Source: Amoeboaphelidium protococcarum X5 (lineage: Eukaryota; Fungi; Aphelidiomycota). From it: 64,000 nucleotides of DNA. Positions 53,037 to 64,000 of the stretch are shown here, piece after piece. The translations under genes were made by a program, and so were the position numbers. Location: assembly GCA_023515725.1 (NCBI GenBank), contig JALDTO010000266.1, positions 1,757,608 through 1,821,607 of the forward strand, given 5' to 3'. The notes below the pieces were generated by a model. It searched no databases, had not been told where the DNA came from, and saw only the letters and a program-made list of their open reading frames with translations. Each line of letters opens with the position of its first letter. Position 1 is the stretch's first letter.

Positions 53037-53921
53037 ATGCCGATAATCTTAAGATCTACAGAAGATACTTCCGCTGAAAGACCACAGATTGTGACTCAGT
53101 AATCTTACAAGATATCTCAAGTGCCGCTGGGTACCAGATTACTGCTGATTGTGTGCAGCTCATTGTTCATCCTGCAGACAGTGGTGCCTGCGATTGACAC
53201 TGACGTTGATTTGACATTCAAGATGTGTCTTTCCCCTTACAATATTGGCAAGCATGGCTCTGTATGGAGATTATTTACATTCTCATACGCTCATGCTAAT
53301 ATCATACATTTCGCAATGAACATGATCAGCCTGGTGATGCTCGGCAGTCTGATTGAGAAAAGATACGGTACATTGGTGTACATGCATCTGGTGTTCAGTC
53401 TGTCCACCTTGGCCGGAATATTACACACGTTCATTGTATGGATGGTCGTAGTATCGGGAGCTATTACGTAGAATAATCATTGGCTGCAGGGAGAATGCGT
53501 GGTGGGTATCAGTGGCGTATTGTTCTCTTTTCTCTTTATCGAGATGAAAACTCACCCGGAACAAGATCGCCGACTGTTTGGTCTCTTCTCTCTGCCGGCA
53601 AAGTATTACCCGGTCGCGTTGTTGCTCTTCATCCAGATCCTGTTTCCGGGATCATCCTTCATCGGGCATGCGTGTGGTATTGCTGTCGGGTACATTGTTG
53701 CTCTACTGGAGGCTCAATTCCTTTACCCGTGGTTCTTGCGTAAACTAGAAGAGCATCCCTGGTTGAAAGATTCACAACTATCGCAGAACTCTGCCTATGT
53801 CAAGATGCCTGACATGCCACTAAGTCCCGGTGGTCACGCGCGCGCCGTTTATCTAAATGCTGATCGTAATAGCGAGTAAAGCGACCCTATTCTCAAGAAG
53901 AATAACAATACTAGTGCATGA
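53037..53921 (+). CDS. Rhomboid-family intramembrane protease (RHBDD1/Rbd2-like)
   Basis: WRLFT..HANIIHFAMNM, GISG (catalytic Ser), SFIGHACG (catalytic His). Confidence 0.9.
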
Positions 53922-54167
53922 GGCACTATTGCATTTGGTAGAAAGAGAGAGATAATAGAGCGCTATTTTGTTTGAATGATTGTTTTAGGTGATGATTGTC
54001 TTTTGCATTGGAATTGATGAATTTGTTTTGTGTTTCAGTTGAAATGTTTCTCTTTTGTTCTTTCGAAGTTCCTTTCTTCTTCTTTACTGCGTTTGTTATT
54101 GATTACTCGTATCAATCTAAAAGTATCATCTCACTGATATATTCATCATATAGAAAGTACTATTATC

Positions 54168-56996
54168 ATGTTCTTTACTGGAGAAGCTAGCAGAAAGAGG
54201 AATGTAAATTTGGCTGGTAAATAGTCTTAGTAATTGTCAAGGGATGAAGTTCTGAAGCGTGCGCAAGTGGAGAGAGAAAAGAGGATGGAAGATCGTCGCA
54301 GGTTTGATGCTGCCATTGTAATTTAGAAATACTTTCGATCATGGAGTACTTTGAAGGTATTTGGTGGACAGATTATGAGCAAGTGGCAAATATCGGCTGA
54401 TGATACAATCTTAGTTAAAGCTTTGAGAGTGGATGAGTTTTTAAGATTTCGCGTCTATTCGTCATAAAATGAGTAGACTATAAAACTAAACTAGATTTTA
54501 CAAGTCCTCAGTGATATATATTATAATTAGATTAGTGGGTAAGAATGGAGCAGAAGAATAGGAAAGTTGGCTCGAGTGGTCTTATCTGGATAATTTGAAA
54601 TGGATTTAGTGCAGCGATATTTAAAGTTTATTTTGCTCTTGGGCAATGATGAAGTATTTATCTCTATATCAAAGTCTATGAATGATACAAATCTACGTAC
54701 GTTGGAATAACTACAATAGTGTAGTGATCAAGTGGTGACTGATGTGATTATGCGCCTTATCTCTTACTCTTAGAGTGCTCTATAGTTGAAGAAGTTGCTC
54801 TAGATTATCATTAAATCTGAGCACTTGTAAGGCGATAGTGTTGCAATCAGCTATAAGTAATATGAAAGTATTCGCTTTGGTTTATTAAGTTTTAAAAGTG
54901 ATTTAGAGTTTACAGTTGAAGAATTGGCTTTGGTACTTTAACTGCTCTTACTGTGTGTTTAAATAGTCACTAAGTAGAAACTTATTAAGCGGGAAGATTT
55001 ATAACTGTTCTCATTACTATCCACCTAGTATCAGACTATATCAGAATCGAATTAAGATTAATTGAATGAAAGCTCAGCCAATGGTGATTTTGATTAGGTA
55101 GATGGAAATATCTCTTAAATGCTGAGCCTTCTGAAAGCTGTTATGGTGAAAGGTTATTTTGTTAAATTACTAACTTCAATGCCCATTAATGATAAAGCTG
55201 ATCTTGCTGAGTAAATAATAGCTTTATTTTAGCTCATATCAGTCGATGAGAGTATGTAAGATGAAGTATTCATTTAATTAATCTATGGCTCTAGTGGTCG
55301 ATACTTTTCTGAATTGTATTCACTCATGAGAAGTTCAGATTTGATTTAATTAGTCATTGATGGCCAGGTGAAAGGTGTAGATGTCACGCAATAAGAATTT
55401 GAGCAGACTTATGTTTTGCTTTATATGCTTTGTGAAATGCTGAGTAGACTCTTATTGGTCTATGGAAGTGAAGAGTTTTATGGGGAGAAGAATGTATTCG
55501 GTTTGCAAAAGTTGGTCGAATTTACGTAAATCCTTAAAAATTTGGCGTTTACGCTGACGATAAATGTTCAGAGTTTATCTTCTGTTAGTGGCTCTGCATT
55601 TAAGATTATCACTATTGGCTATATAAAGGGTGTCATGTACAAGCTTTTGAATCAAATTGTTATAAGAGATTGTCAGAGATAGTTTTGCCCAGACAAATTC
55701 TGGATCATGACGGATGATTTTGACTTTGAGAGGTTGATGGTGGCAGCTTTAGATTATGAGAATAGTCTCAAGGTTGGATCTGATATAAATGGGTAGTTGT
55801 CGCCTTATTAATAAATACTGTAGAACATGCCGTATATCATCTCCTTTGAGAATCGTGTGCGCTTGTTTTAACAGTATCTCGCCATTGACTAGAAAGATAA
55901 TCAATATATGGGATTTCCTCGGCATCGAGTTACTATTAGGAGATCTATGTTATTGGAAGATAGTTTCAATAAACTGAATCAGCTTGGATCTTAATTGAAA
56001 GACCGTGTCGGTATTACATTCATTAGTGAGCTCGGTCTCGAAGAAGCTGGCATTGATGGTGGTGGTGTCTTTAAAGAGTTTCTGACTACACTGTGCAAGT
56101 TGGCTTTCGATCCTAATCTTGGTCTGTTTACGTATACTCAGGAGCAGCTGATTTATCCTAATCCGCATGAGTACGCTGTTGAACCATAATAGTTGGAGTA
56201 CTTTGGATTTTTGGGTAGAATTATGGGTAAGGCTCTATATGAAGGGATTCTCGTACAGGCGTCATTTGCTCCATTTTTTCTTAATAAGTGGCTTGGCAGA
56301 CTTAATTATTTGGACGATTTGCCATCTCTGGATCCTGAGCTGTATCGAAATTTGATATTTTTAAAGAATTATGATGGCAATGTTGAAGATCTGTCTCTGA
56401 CGTTCTCCCTCAGCAGCGACGAGTTTGGCACTGCAAAGACTGTGGAACTTATTCCGAATGGCAAGAATATCGCGGTCACCAAAGAGAATAGGATACGATA
56501 TATCTACTTGGTGGCTCACTATAAGCTGAATAAGCAGATTTAACTTTAAAGTCAGGCTTTCTTTGCCGGGCTGTCCGATTTGATAAAGCCGCGTTGGTTG
56601 CAACTGTTCAATGAGAAGGAGTTACATGTCTTGATATCTGGCGCCCAAGTGCCTATAGATATTCAAGATTTAAGAGATCACACTGTGTATGATAACGTCT
56701 ACTCTGACTCTCATCCTACTATACAAATGTTTTGGCGAGTACTATAGTCGTTTTCTGAAGATGAAAAGTAGGCGTTTGTCAAATTTGTCACTTCATGCTC
56801 TAGACCACCTCTGCTTGGATTTAAAGAACTGTAGCCTCAGTTTAGTATCAGATTTGCTGGAACTGATAAGGATCGTCTTCCAACCACGTCCACTTGTGTT
56901 AATCTGCTAAAGTTGCCTCCGTATACGGACGAGTTTACTCTACGATCTAAAATGCTTTACGCGATCAAATCTGGAATTGGGTTTGAACTTAGTTGA
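54168..56996 (+). CDS. HECT E3 ubiquitin ligase, UBE3C/Hul5-like
   Basis: N-terminal MFFTGE..RNVNLAG and IQ motif AIVIQKYFR; [50 protein letters not shown]. Confidence 0.93.
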
Positions 56997-57092
56997 ATTG
57001 TGTGCACTTTTATTGGTAAGATAGATCGGTCTATCCAGTTTAGGTACAAACGTAAAGTTCCATCGGTATAACATTTTAATACATTACATTCA

Positions 57093-59133
57093 TCACCTCA
57101 TACTCTGCATTTACTTTATCAACTTCTCCAACTCTTGGCCGTAATGTCGAATTTGAGCATCTTTATCAGAAATCAACTGTCTGAACTGATCAATGTCGTA
57201 AGTTGATAAAAGACTTTTAATTTACTACTCCCTAACCTTTAACTCACGCTCCATTTTCTCAATTTTATTAACCAACTTTATGGCTGAGGACTTTTTGGGA
57301 GAACCAGATTCAATATCACTGTATATCTACAGCTTCTGGGATAGCTCAATCTGCTCCGCTTTCATCTAATCAATCAATCCATTCAGCTGATGCAAATCAT
57401 CATTCTTCTATTGTATTTACTTCTCTTGAAAATTCAACTTTTACCTTAAATCGTGAGCAAGTACTTTAAATTGATCAATCTCCATTACCAGCTGCTGATT
57501 CTCCACCTGCTTCAACTACAGATCACTGGTGAGAGATCTAACCATCTACTTGAGACTTGACAACTCCAAATTCTCCGACTTGAGTTTAGCGATTTAAGAT
57601 TGAGCATCAGCATGTGATCTCCGAAGTATAATCAGCTCCTGTTAAAGATCGTGCGATTGAGGACCAGAGAACTTCACTTCATCCAGCTTTTTGGTGAGAT
57701 CAACGATGCGCTTCTAGCATTATTACTCAGACTTGAGTAGGCCTTTATTCTGCACCTCCAATGACTAAAAACCCAATTCTACCTGCTACAGCTTTCGTTA
57801 CAGTGAAGACTTTTCCAAAGATATCTTGTTCTTCTCTTTACTCAACTTGTCATAATCTCTGCGCAACTAGCCAATTTCACTCAGTCTATTACCAAGTTGT
57901 AGCTGATAATCTTTCATCTACGTGTTACTATTACTACCACCAACAATATTAGATACACCGTGTCTTATAGCGTCACTCAACTACTATTCAAGAATCAAAT
58001 TATCATCTTTTAAAGATTGAATTTCATCTTTCAACTGTTTCAATTATTCTGCTTACTTGAGAGACTTTACTGGAGATAGTGACCGATTTCTTTGCGGAGA
58101 CTATTGACCATCTGCAGAGTAAATGTTGATAAGAGACTCAAAAATAGACTCGGTTGGACGCACAGACTTTTAAGGTGACCTTGACTATCTCTAGCTGTCC
58201 ATTAAATTTTATACCTACTGCTACAGCTGTCTCTTTTCCTATTCATGCTACTACTACTGCAGTTACAACTACTACTTAAGCTTATTCACTTCCGCATTAA
58301 TTATTACACTGTCCTGATCAACAGTATTCTACTTTTATCCACTTAGAGACTCTGACTATTAAGGAGACTTTAAAGCGACAATCTATTGCTTTTACAATCG
58401 CAACTTCATCTGCTGTTACAAGTCCTTCATCTCCTATCGCAGCTTGACATTATCTCTATGAGCCTCATCCAACATTTTTAGAGTCAAATTCAATTCATCC
58501 TCAGCATTCATGTTATTCTAATTATATTAATCATTTACTACTTTACCTAGATGCGCATCCTTTGCATTATTTTTATTCTAGCAGTGTATTGAAGATGATG
58601 ATGATGGTGGAGCAAAGGAGGAGGAGTATCGAGTCTTCTTCACAGTCTACTTGTATTATTTAAAATCTGGCTTCGATCCAGGGAGTACAGAGAGAGAAGT
58701 ACGCTTCAAATATGGCTTCTTTATCACCACCTTATTCACATTATGATCATCTTGATAATCCTTTTCTAATAAAGTATTGTTCTTCTTCGTCTGTTTAGCA
58801 CTTTATTACACAGAGTATGGAGTCGGTGTAGGTGCATTAGGAGTATGAATAGCATTCTCAGCATCTTCACCCAGAATTCCATTACCATCACCACCATTAT
58901 TATTATTATTATTATTGCCCCCATTAAATATGTGCTAATCAAATTACAAGTCTCCACACAGAGAACTTTCCAACAGTTCCAAATCACTCTTTATGCCACT
59001 CAGTTCATCATCAATATACTAGAAATTGGTCAACTTGTCCAGATCGACTGAACCACTTTGAGACTACATGAAAAAAATATATGTTTACGCTTTCTTTGTA
59101 CAATAACAAAATGTAAATTCATACCTGCTACAT
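57093..59133 (-). CDS. Gln-rich long coiled-coil protein; first coding exon ATG-TAG-CAG, intron 59064-59124
   Basis: Long heptad-rich frame ending at TGA 57093-57095. Only the phase-0 M-Q-Q exon splices in frame (GTATGA...ATGTAG). Confidence 0.72.
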
Positions 59134-59362
59134 TATACAACAAGACAAAATAAATAAGGTGCAACAACTACAGTATACCAGTAGAATTGAATGAAGGCTT
59201 GAGTTTCTTCCAAAAACGAGCGCTTAAACTTGAAACTAGAATAGTGAAGAGAAATGCCGGCGTATGCTATGATTTGCATATAGTAACTGTTAGACATACT
59301 GTAATTCTACAAAGAACTGATTAATATTAAATTTTATTATTATCCGCCCGTTGTCGCATCAA

Positions 59363-60369
59363 ATGTACAATAGCAGTCATAGCGGGGACTCGCGATAGTA
59401 TCAGTCACACACGCTTTGTCATCGCATCGTTTGTAGTTTGTTCATGTTTTTGATAATCACCATCAGTTTCGCTGTGTGATATCAACTAATTTTCATACTT
59501 TCTAACTACATCATTATTTATCGCGTCTAGTCTGCTGTAGTAGTGCAATTTCATATTGTGAAAGGTGCGATCGATGGTTTGGAAGTTATCAGGCCAAGTA
59601 GCAGCATATCGAGAATAGCAGCGCCCACTTCTGGTGTGATCAGTGTGATTGTGAGTTTGTCAACTACAATGGTCTGCAGTGTCATTTGAAGACTTCGCGC
59701 AGTCATGCAACTCATACCTGCTCAATCTGTGATGATCACTTCTTCTCCTAGACGGAATACACTTCCCATCTACGTGAGGAACACAACTGGTGCTCGGAAT
59801 GCGGTAAATGCTTCAGCAATTGGAATGCACTACGTAATCACGAGTAGTCTGATGTACACTAGTAGCGATCTATCACATGTCCGCTGTGTCGTTAATTGAC
59901 ATTTAAGACGTTGTCTGCAGTGGCTGCACATGTTGAATCTAGTCGTTGTAATGGCTTCAAAGGTTCCCGGTAAGATTTGCTGAACTTGATACGGAGATGG
60001 GAGGCTCAAAGTGGCGCACCGAACACGTTTACACGTCCCGCTATTGAATATCCCGGTCATAGTGGTAGATCTATGGCTGGTCGTTGCACTATTCAGTTAG
60101 CTCAATAATGTTACAATGAGTATTATGATGAGTATCAGTGTCCGCAGTGTGATAAGTGCGTTGATGCACCGGCATAGCTAGTTGCTCATTCGAATTCTAG
60201 GATCCACGCAGACTGTGACTATCGCTGCCATGCATGCTCAAGTACATTCGTAAGTCTGACTGGTCTAGTTCAACATCTGGAACGTACATAATGCAGAACC
60301 AAGAAGACTGACGATATCGCACGTTTAACTGGAGCCATTCGCACTCTTAAATTTAGAATATTTTCATGA
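59363..60369 (+). CDS. Multi C2H2 zinc-finger protein; 5' end uncertain (tentative intron 59398-59540)
   Basis: YCERCDRWF...H, CDQC..H, CSIC..H, CSEC..H, CPLC..HVES, CPQC..H, CHAC..HLE in frame from about 59551. Confidence 0.8.
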
Positions 60370-60570
60370 TAAAAAATACATTTTTTTATGCGCTTAATAA
60401 TAACTAATATCTTTTGACTTTCATCTTGAAATATCGCGTAATTTAGCAGCATATGTCAACGTAGAAATCGCGCATTAAGATCTGATCTGTCGCTGCACTT
60501 TCGCCTTTACACTCTTCTTTTCAGCGTGAAATCTTGTTGCAACGACAACTATAATACAGTAAACGTTGTA

Positions 60571-61146
60571 ATGTCTCGATTATCAAAATTATTTGACTTT
60601 GAGGAGTAGCTTGCGTTCTATGCCAAGTATCATAATACAAAATGGAATTAAATTGTTCATTTTGTATTTGTGCCTCTAATTTTCTGGACCGCTCTCGTTT
60701 GGGCCAGCAATTGGACAGTGGTTGATCATAGCCCGGTAACTGGTTCGTATGTTGTGACTCTGGTATATGTCTGTTACTATATTCTACTTGAACCAATGGC
60801 TGGTGCTCTGTATTCTCCTCTGCTATTTGGACTAGCGTATGGAGCGAACCACTTTCTACTTACCTATGGTTAGAAGGATGCCAACATGTATGCTCTGTAT
60901 CTGCATGTATTCAGCTGGGTGGCTCAGTTCCTGTCTCATGGCCTGGTGGAGAAGCGAGCACCGGCACTTAAAGAGAATTTCACACAAGCTCTTCTACTTG
61001 CACCATTCTTTGTGTGGTTTGAACTGCTCTTTGCCTTTGGCTATCGACCGCAGTTGAAAGCGCGTTTAGATTAGAGAATCAAAGCCGAGTTACAATCTAT
61101 GGATGGCTCAAAAGTTAAGCTTAATAATGGCAAGAAGTCTAAATGA
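60571..61146 (+). CDS. MPO1: Mpo1/YGL010w-like (DUF962) ER membrane protein
   Basis: EQLAFYAKYH..WNQIVHFVFVP, WVAQFLSHGLVEKRAPAL, LAPFFVWFELLF.GYRP. Confidence 0.9.
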
Positions 61147-61275
61147 TTTATGACTGTAAGTAATGTAAATGTTTATGTCCGCCATTTATTATACTCTAGA
61201 ATTGGTCAATAAATTTAAAAAGAAATCAAGCCTAAAAATGACAATAATTCGCCCATCTATATCGACACACTCACC

Positions 61276-62268
61276 TCATAAACTCTCCCTTACGCCGACA
61301 ATGGAGAATTCTGCAATCTTCCAGCCATTGGAGAGTGGCGCGTCTTCAACGTTGGAACGCATCAGAGCCCAGGCGTAATACACATCATTTACCACATTCT
61401 GGTCGCCAGCGATAATCTCATTCGACTTGGCATCACGCACCACCTCCGTCTACTGGGCCTTGAACGTGACAATCAACACTGGCATATCATCGATAATTTT
61501 GGCCATATTCAATTCGACATTGCGCAGGTCCAACAGACGGCCTTCAATCACGCCACCCTCCTAATGCAGCTAATCACGCGACTACTTCAGCACGGACATT
61601 ACTCCATCAGTGACGTACTGCTTCAGCTCCTTCTCATCCCAGTCGATGAAAGCCTCCAGAACTTCAGGCACGACGAATTCACGCAGATCCTGAACAAAAG
61701 TGTCGACATCAAACGCAGGATCACTCACCTTGATCTCTGCAATGGCCACAGCATGTTCATTCTCATCAGTCAGAGAGCCAAACATATCCTGCAGACGGTA
61801 CGTTATATTACGCGTCAGATTGACAAAGGCGTTATCGCTCTGCTCGTATGTCCTCTTGATGTCATAGATTCTCGATACAATTGGATTATTGTCCTTCATA
61901 TTCTCCCAAGCCTGCTTCCACTTGCTGTCTTTGTGCATGACGATATTCGCGCCTGCATCCTTGTTCTCTTCCACAGTGACAACATTATCTGCATATCCGG
62001 CCACTCCCTTCAACCTCATGTCTTTGATCCTACTCCTGAACTCTTTGCTCGTAATGCCACCATATCTTGTAGCATTGTCATCAATGAGATTCTTCTTTGT
62101 CGCGTCGAGAGATCCTTTAATATCCTGCACCAGATTCTTTGGCACGCCTTTAGGAACAAACTGCTATGCTCTATCCTTGATCTAATCAAATAAATTCTTC
62201 TTCGCACCCTGCTACGATGAATTGTATCTAATCGCTGCCTTATAAAGTATCTATCTAGATCTGATCAT
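61276..62268 (-). CDS. TIM44: Mitochondrial import translocase Tim44
   Basis: Presequence, HKDSKWKQAW, DPAFDVDTF..REFVVPEVLEAF, PVLIVTFKAQQ, YAWAL, GWKIAEF. Confidence 0.92.
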
Positions 62269-62997
62269 GTTTAATGAGACTCGCTTATATAAAATGATTA
62301 AAATGTTCTTATAACGATTAAGCTGTACTCTTTTAAGGATGAAAATCTGATTGACGCAAAGTCAACACGCAACGAAATAGAAAACTTGTCAAAATTTATA
62401 GAGGCATTCAATAGAAAGTCCGTACAAGATGGCTTTAAAATTTGTTATATACTGCACATACGGCGCAAAACAAAAAATAAATTCATATAGCCAGTCAAAG
62501 TGCAAGATAGATAAGAAAGTGAAAGAGTAATAGAGAATCAGAATTAAGTTTGGTAGCGGATGTTTTGTACAGCATGGCACTCTGGATCAGTCAAAATAAC
62601 TTTGACTGTTGTAGAGTGCACTCTGACAAATGCCAAATTCATCACATTCTCTAATACCAAATATTAAACAGCTAATGATCATTTATACGTTATATGGAGT
62701 ATAAAGAGCATTAAAACAGTTAATGGACGCGTCGAATACACAGTCACATTGCTTTACGTGCAATTCAGAGAAGCCTTTTTAAATGAAGGAGAATGATAGA
62801 AGAAAGTTTTCACCGAAAACCTAACGAACGAGAAGCGTTTGAGCGACGCAAAGGCGAAAAGGTTCATTTGATCGACTCTCATTTGTTTGAGCAGACGCGT
62901 TTTAGCCATTCTACATCAAGATTAGTGTAACTCAAAAGTTAAGAGATTATCATATCAACAGTCAACCAACGTTTAATATTATCATAATATCAATCAA

Positions 62998-64000
62998 TCA
63001 CTTCTGAAGGCATTGAGAGAGGGCCTCCTTGATCGCTTCCAGAGTGTTTTCGACGTGCTTGCGCTCCGTCTCAGTGACCGATAGTCCCATATGACCGATA
63101 CGGAAGTACTGCGGTGCAATATCCTTGTGTAGACCACCAGCTAGAACTACACCATTCTAACCAATCTTGGGCAGTAGATCGCCAGCCTTCACCCCTTAAG
63201 GATAATACACAGCGGTTAGAGTATTGGCAGCCACTTGGCGATTGACAGGCACCAGCTTCAAGCCTAATTCACCAGTCAGAGTATCCTTAATCTTTTTACT
63301 CGCAGCCTCATGACTGGCAAAACGCTTCTCCATTCCCTGGGCAAGAATCTACTTCAGAGACACATACAGAGCCATGATCAAATTAACTGCCGGAGTGGCG
63401 AAATAACTCGGCTTCCTAGCTTCGTGCGACTGCATAATGGGGATCCAATTCTTCCAAGAGCAGTAGTAGTTATACACATGAGTCTTACGATTCTAGAACA
63501 CTTGGATGGCGCGCTATGAAGCGACAAATATACACAATCCAGAGGGAACACCTAGAGCCTTCTAACTTCCAGTCATTACAAAATCAACATCCCATTCATC
63601 CATGTAGAATCTCTCACCGGCAAGGGAGCAGACAGCATCCACACAAACAACAGCGTCAGGACACGTATCTCTGACAGCTTTCACAATCTCCTTGATATTA
63701 GACACCACAACACCTGTGGATGTATCAACGTGAGTAATGTTGACCAACTTGTAATTCTTCCCAGTCAGAGCCTCCCAGATGGACTTCATAGATGGAACAT
63801 CACCAATCTGAGGTGCGCGGACATGCGTTGCTTTGAACCCGTACGATTCTAAACAATCTCCGAAGCTATCGCCAAAATATCCGGTATTGATGACCAGAGC
63901 TTCATCCCCTGCCTCCATCAAATTACATACGGCAGAGTCCCATCCAAGAGTTCCACTCCCACTAAGAATGAACGGTTACCCCGACTACACACAATTAACC
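62998..64000 (-). CDS. AGX1: Alanine-glyoxylate aminotransferase (class V PLP enzyme), 5'-truncated
   Basis: GSGTLGWD, THVDTSTGV, DAVCS, TGSQKALGVPSG (Q=TAG before the PLP Lys), YFATPAV, GGLHKDI, YFRIGHMG. Confidence 0.95.

Noticed and set aside
59134-59297. Hydrophobic upstream ORF as first exon of the coiled-coil gene
   Set aside because: Splicing it at the 59124 donor gives the wrong phase and an immediate TGA. The ATG-TAG-CAG exon fits instead.
62300-62990. Possible ncRNA (AACCTAAC template-like motif at about 62818)
   Set aside because: No supportable snRNA, snoRNA or telomerase structure; the 8-mer can be chance. An Infernal/Rfam search would be needed.
1-64000. Mass pseudogenisation suggested by fragmented ORFs
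   Set aside because: The interruptions are TAA/TAG at Gln positions and frames are preserved, so this is a code change.
19969-64000. Amino-acid catabolism cluster (HGD, UROC1, AGXT)
   Set aside because: The genes are about 20 kb apart, belong to different pathways and are separated by unrelated housekeeping genes.

Overview
This is a compact, gene-dense eukaryotic nuclear segment with about 39 protein-coding genes and about 12 short (54-80 nt) spliceosomal introns. It uses a non-standard code: TAA and TAG read as Gln, and TGA is the only stop. The supplied standard-code ORF track therefore fragments nearly every gene, so I re-translated by hand with TAR=Gln. The code, the fungal/opisthokont-type housekeeping genes and the beta-propeller/Thr-stalk receptor-like kinases point to an aphelid, most likely Amoeboaphelidium protococcarum (inference, no database search). 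Most genes are housekeeping (DTD1, APE2, BYE1-like, HGD, mitochondrial ThrRS, SNT1-like, CLP1, CSR1-like, KGD4, UROC1, UTP7, LSC2, NVJ2-like, HUB1, rhomboid, UBE3C-like, MPO1, TIM44, AGXT). The most interesting items are: (1) a nucleophile-less alpha/beta-hydrolase domain fused in frame to a complete PKA-type kinase; (2) two paralogous non-RD receptor-like kinases whose kinase domain stops after subdomain IX, one carrying a 1-bp frameshift; (3) a secreted EF-hand proprotein with a KR site followed by a candidalysin-like amphipathic peptide; (4) a bacterial-type Csp/DUF326 copper-storage protein; (5) a ~170-bp insertion interrupting UTP7; and (6) genome-level signals, namely TGTAG splice acceptors, TAR-TGA gene ends and CGCG promoter elements. 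I saw no tRNA, rRNA, CRISPR array or intact transposon.
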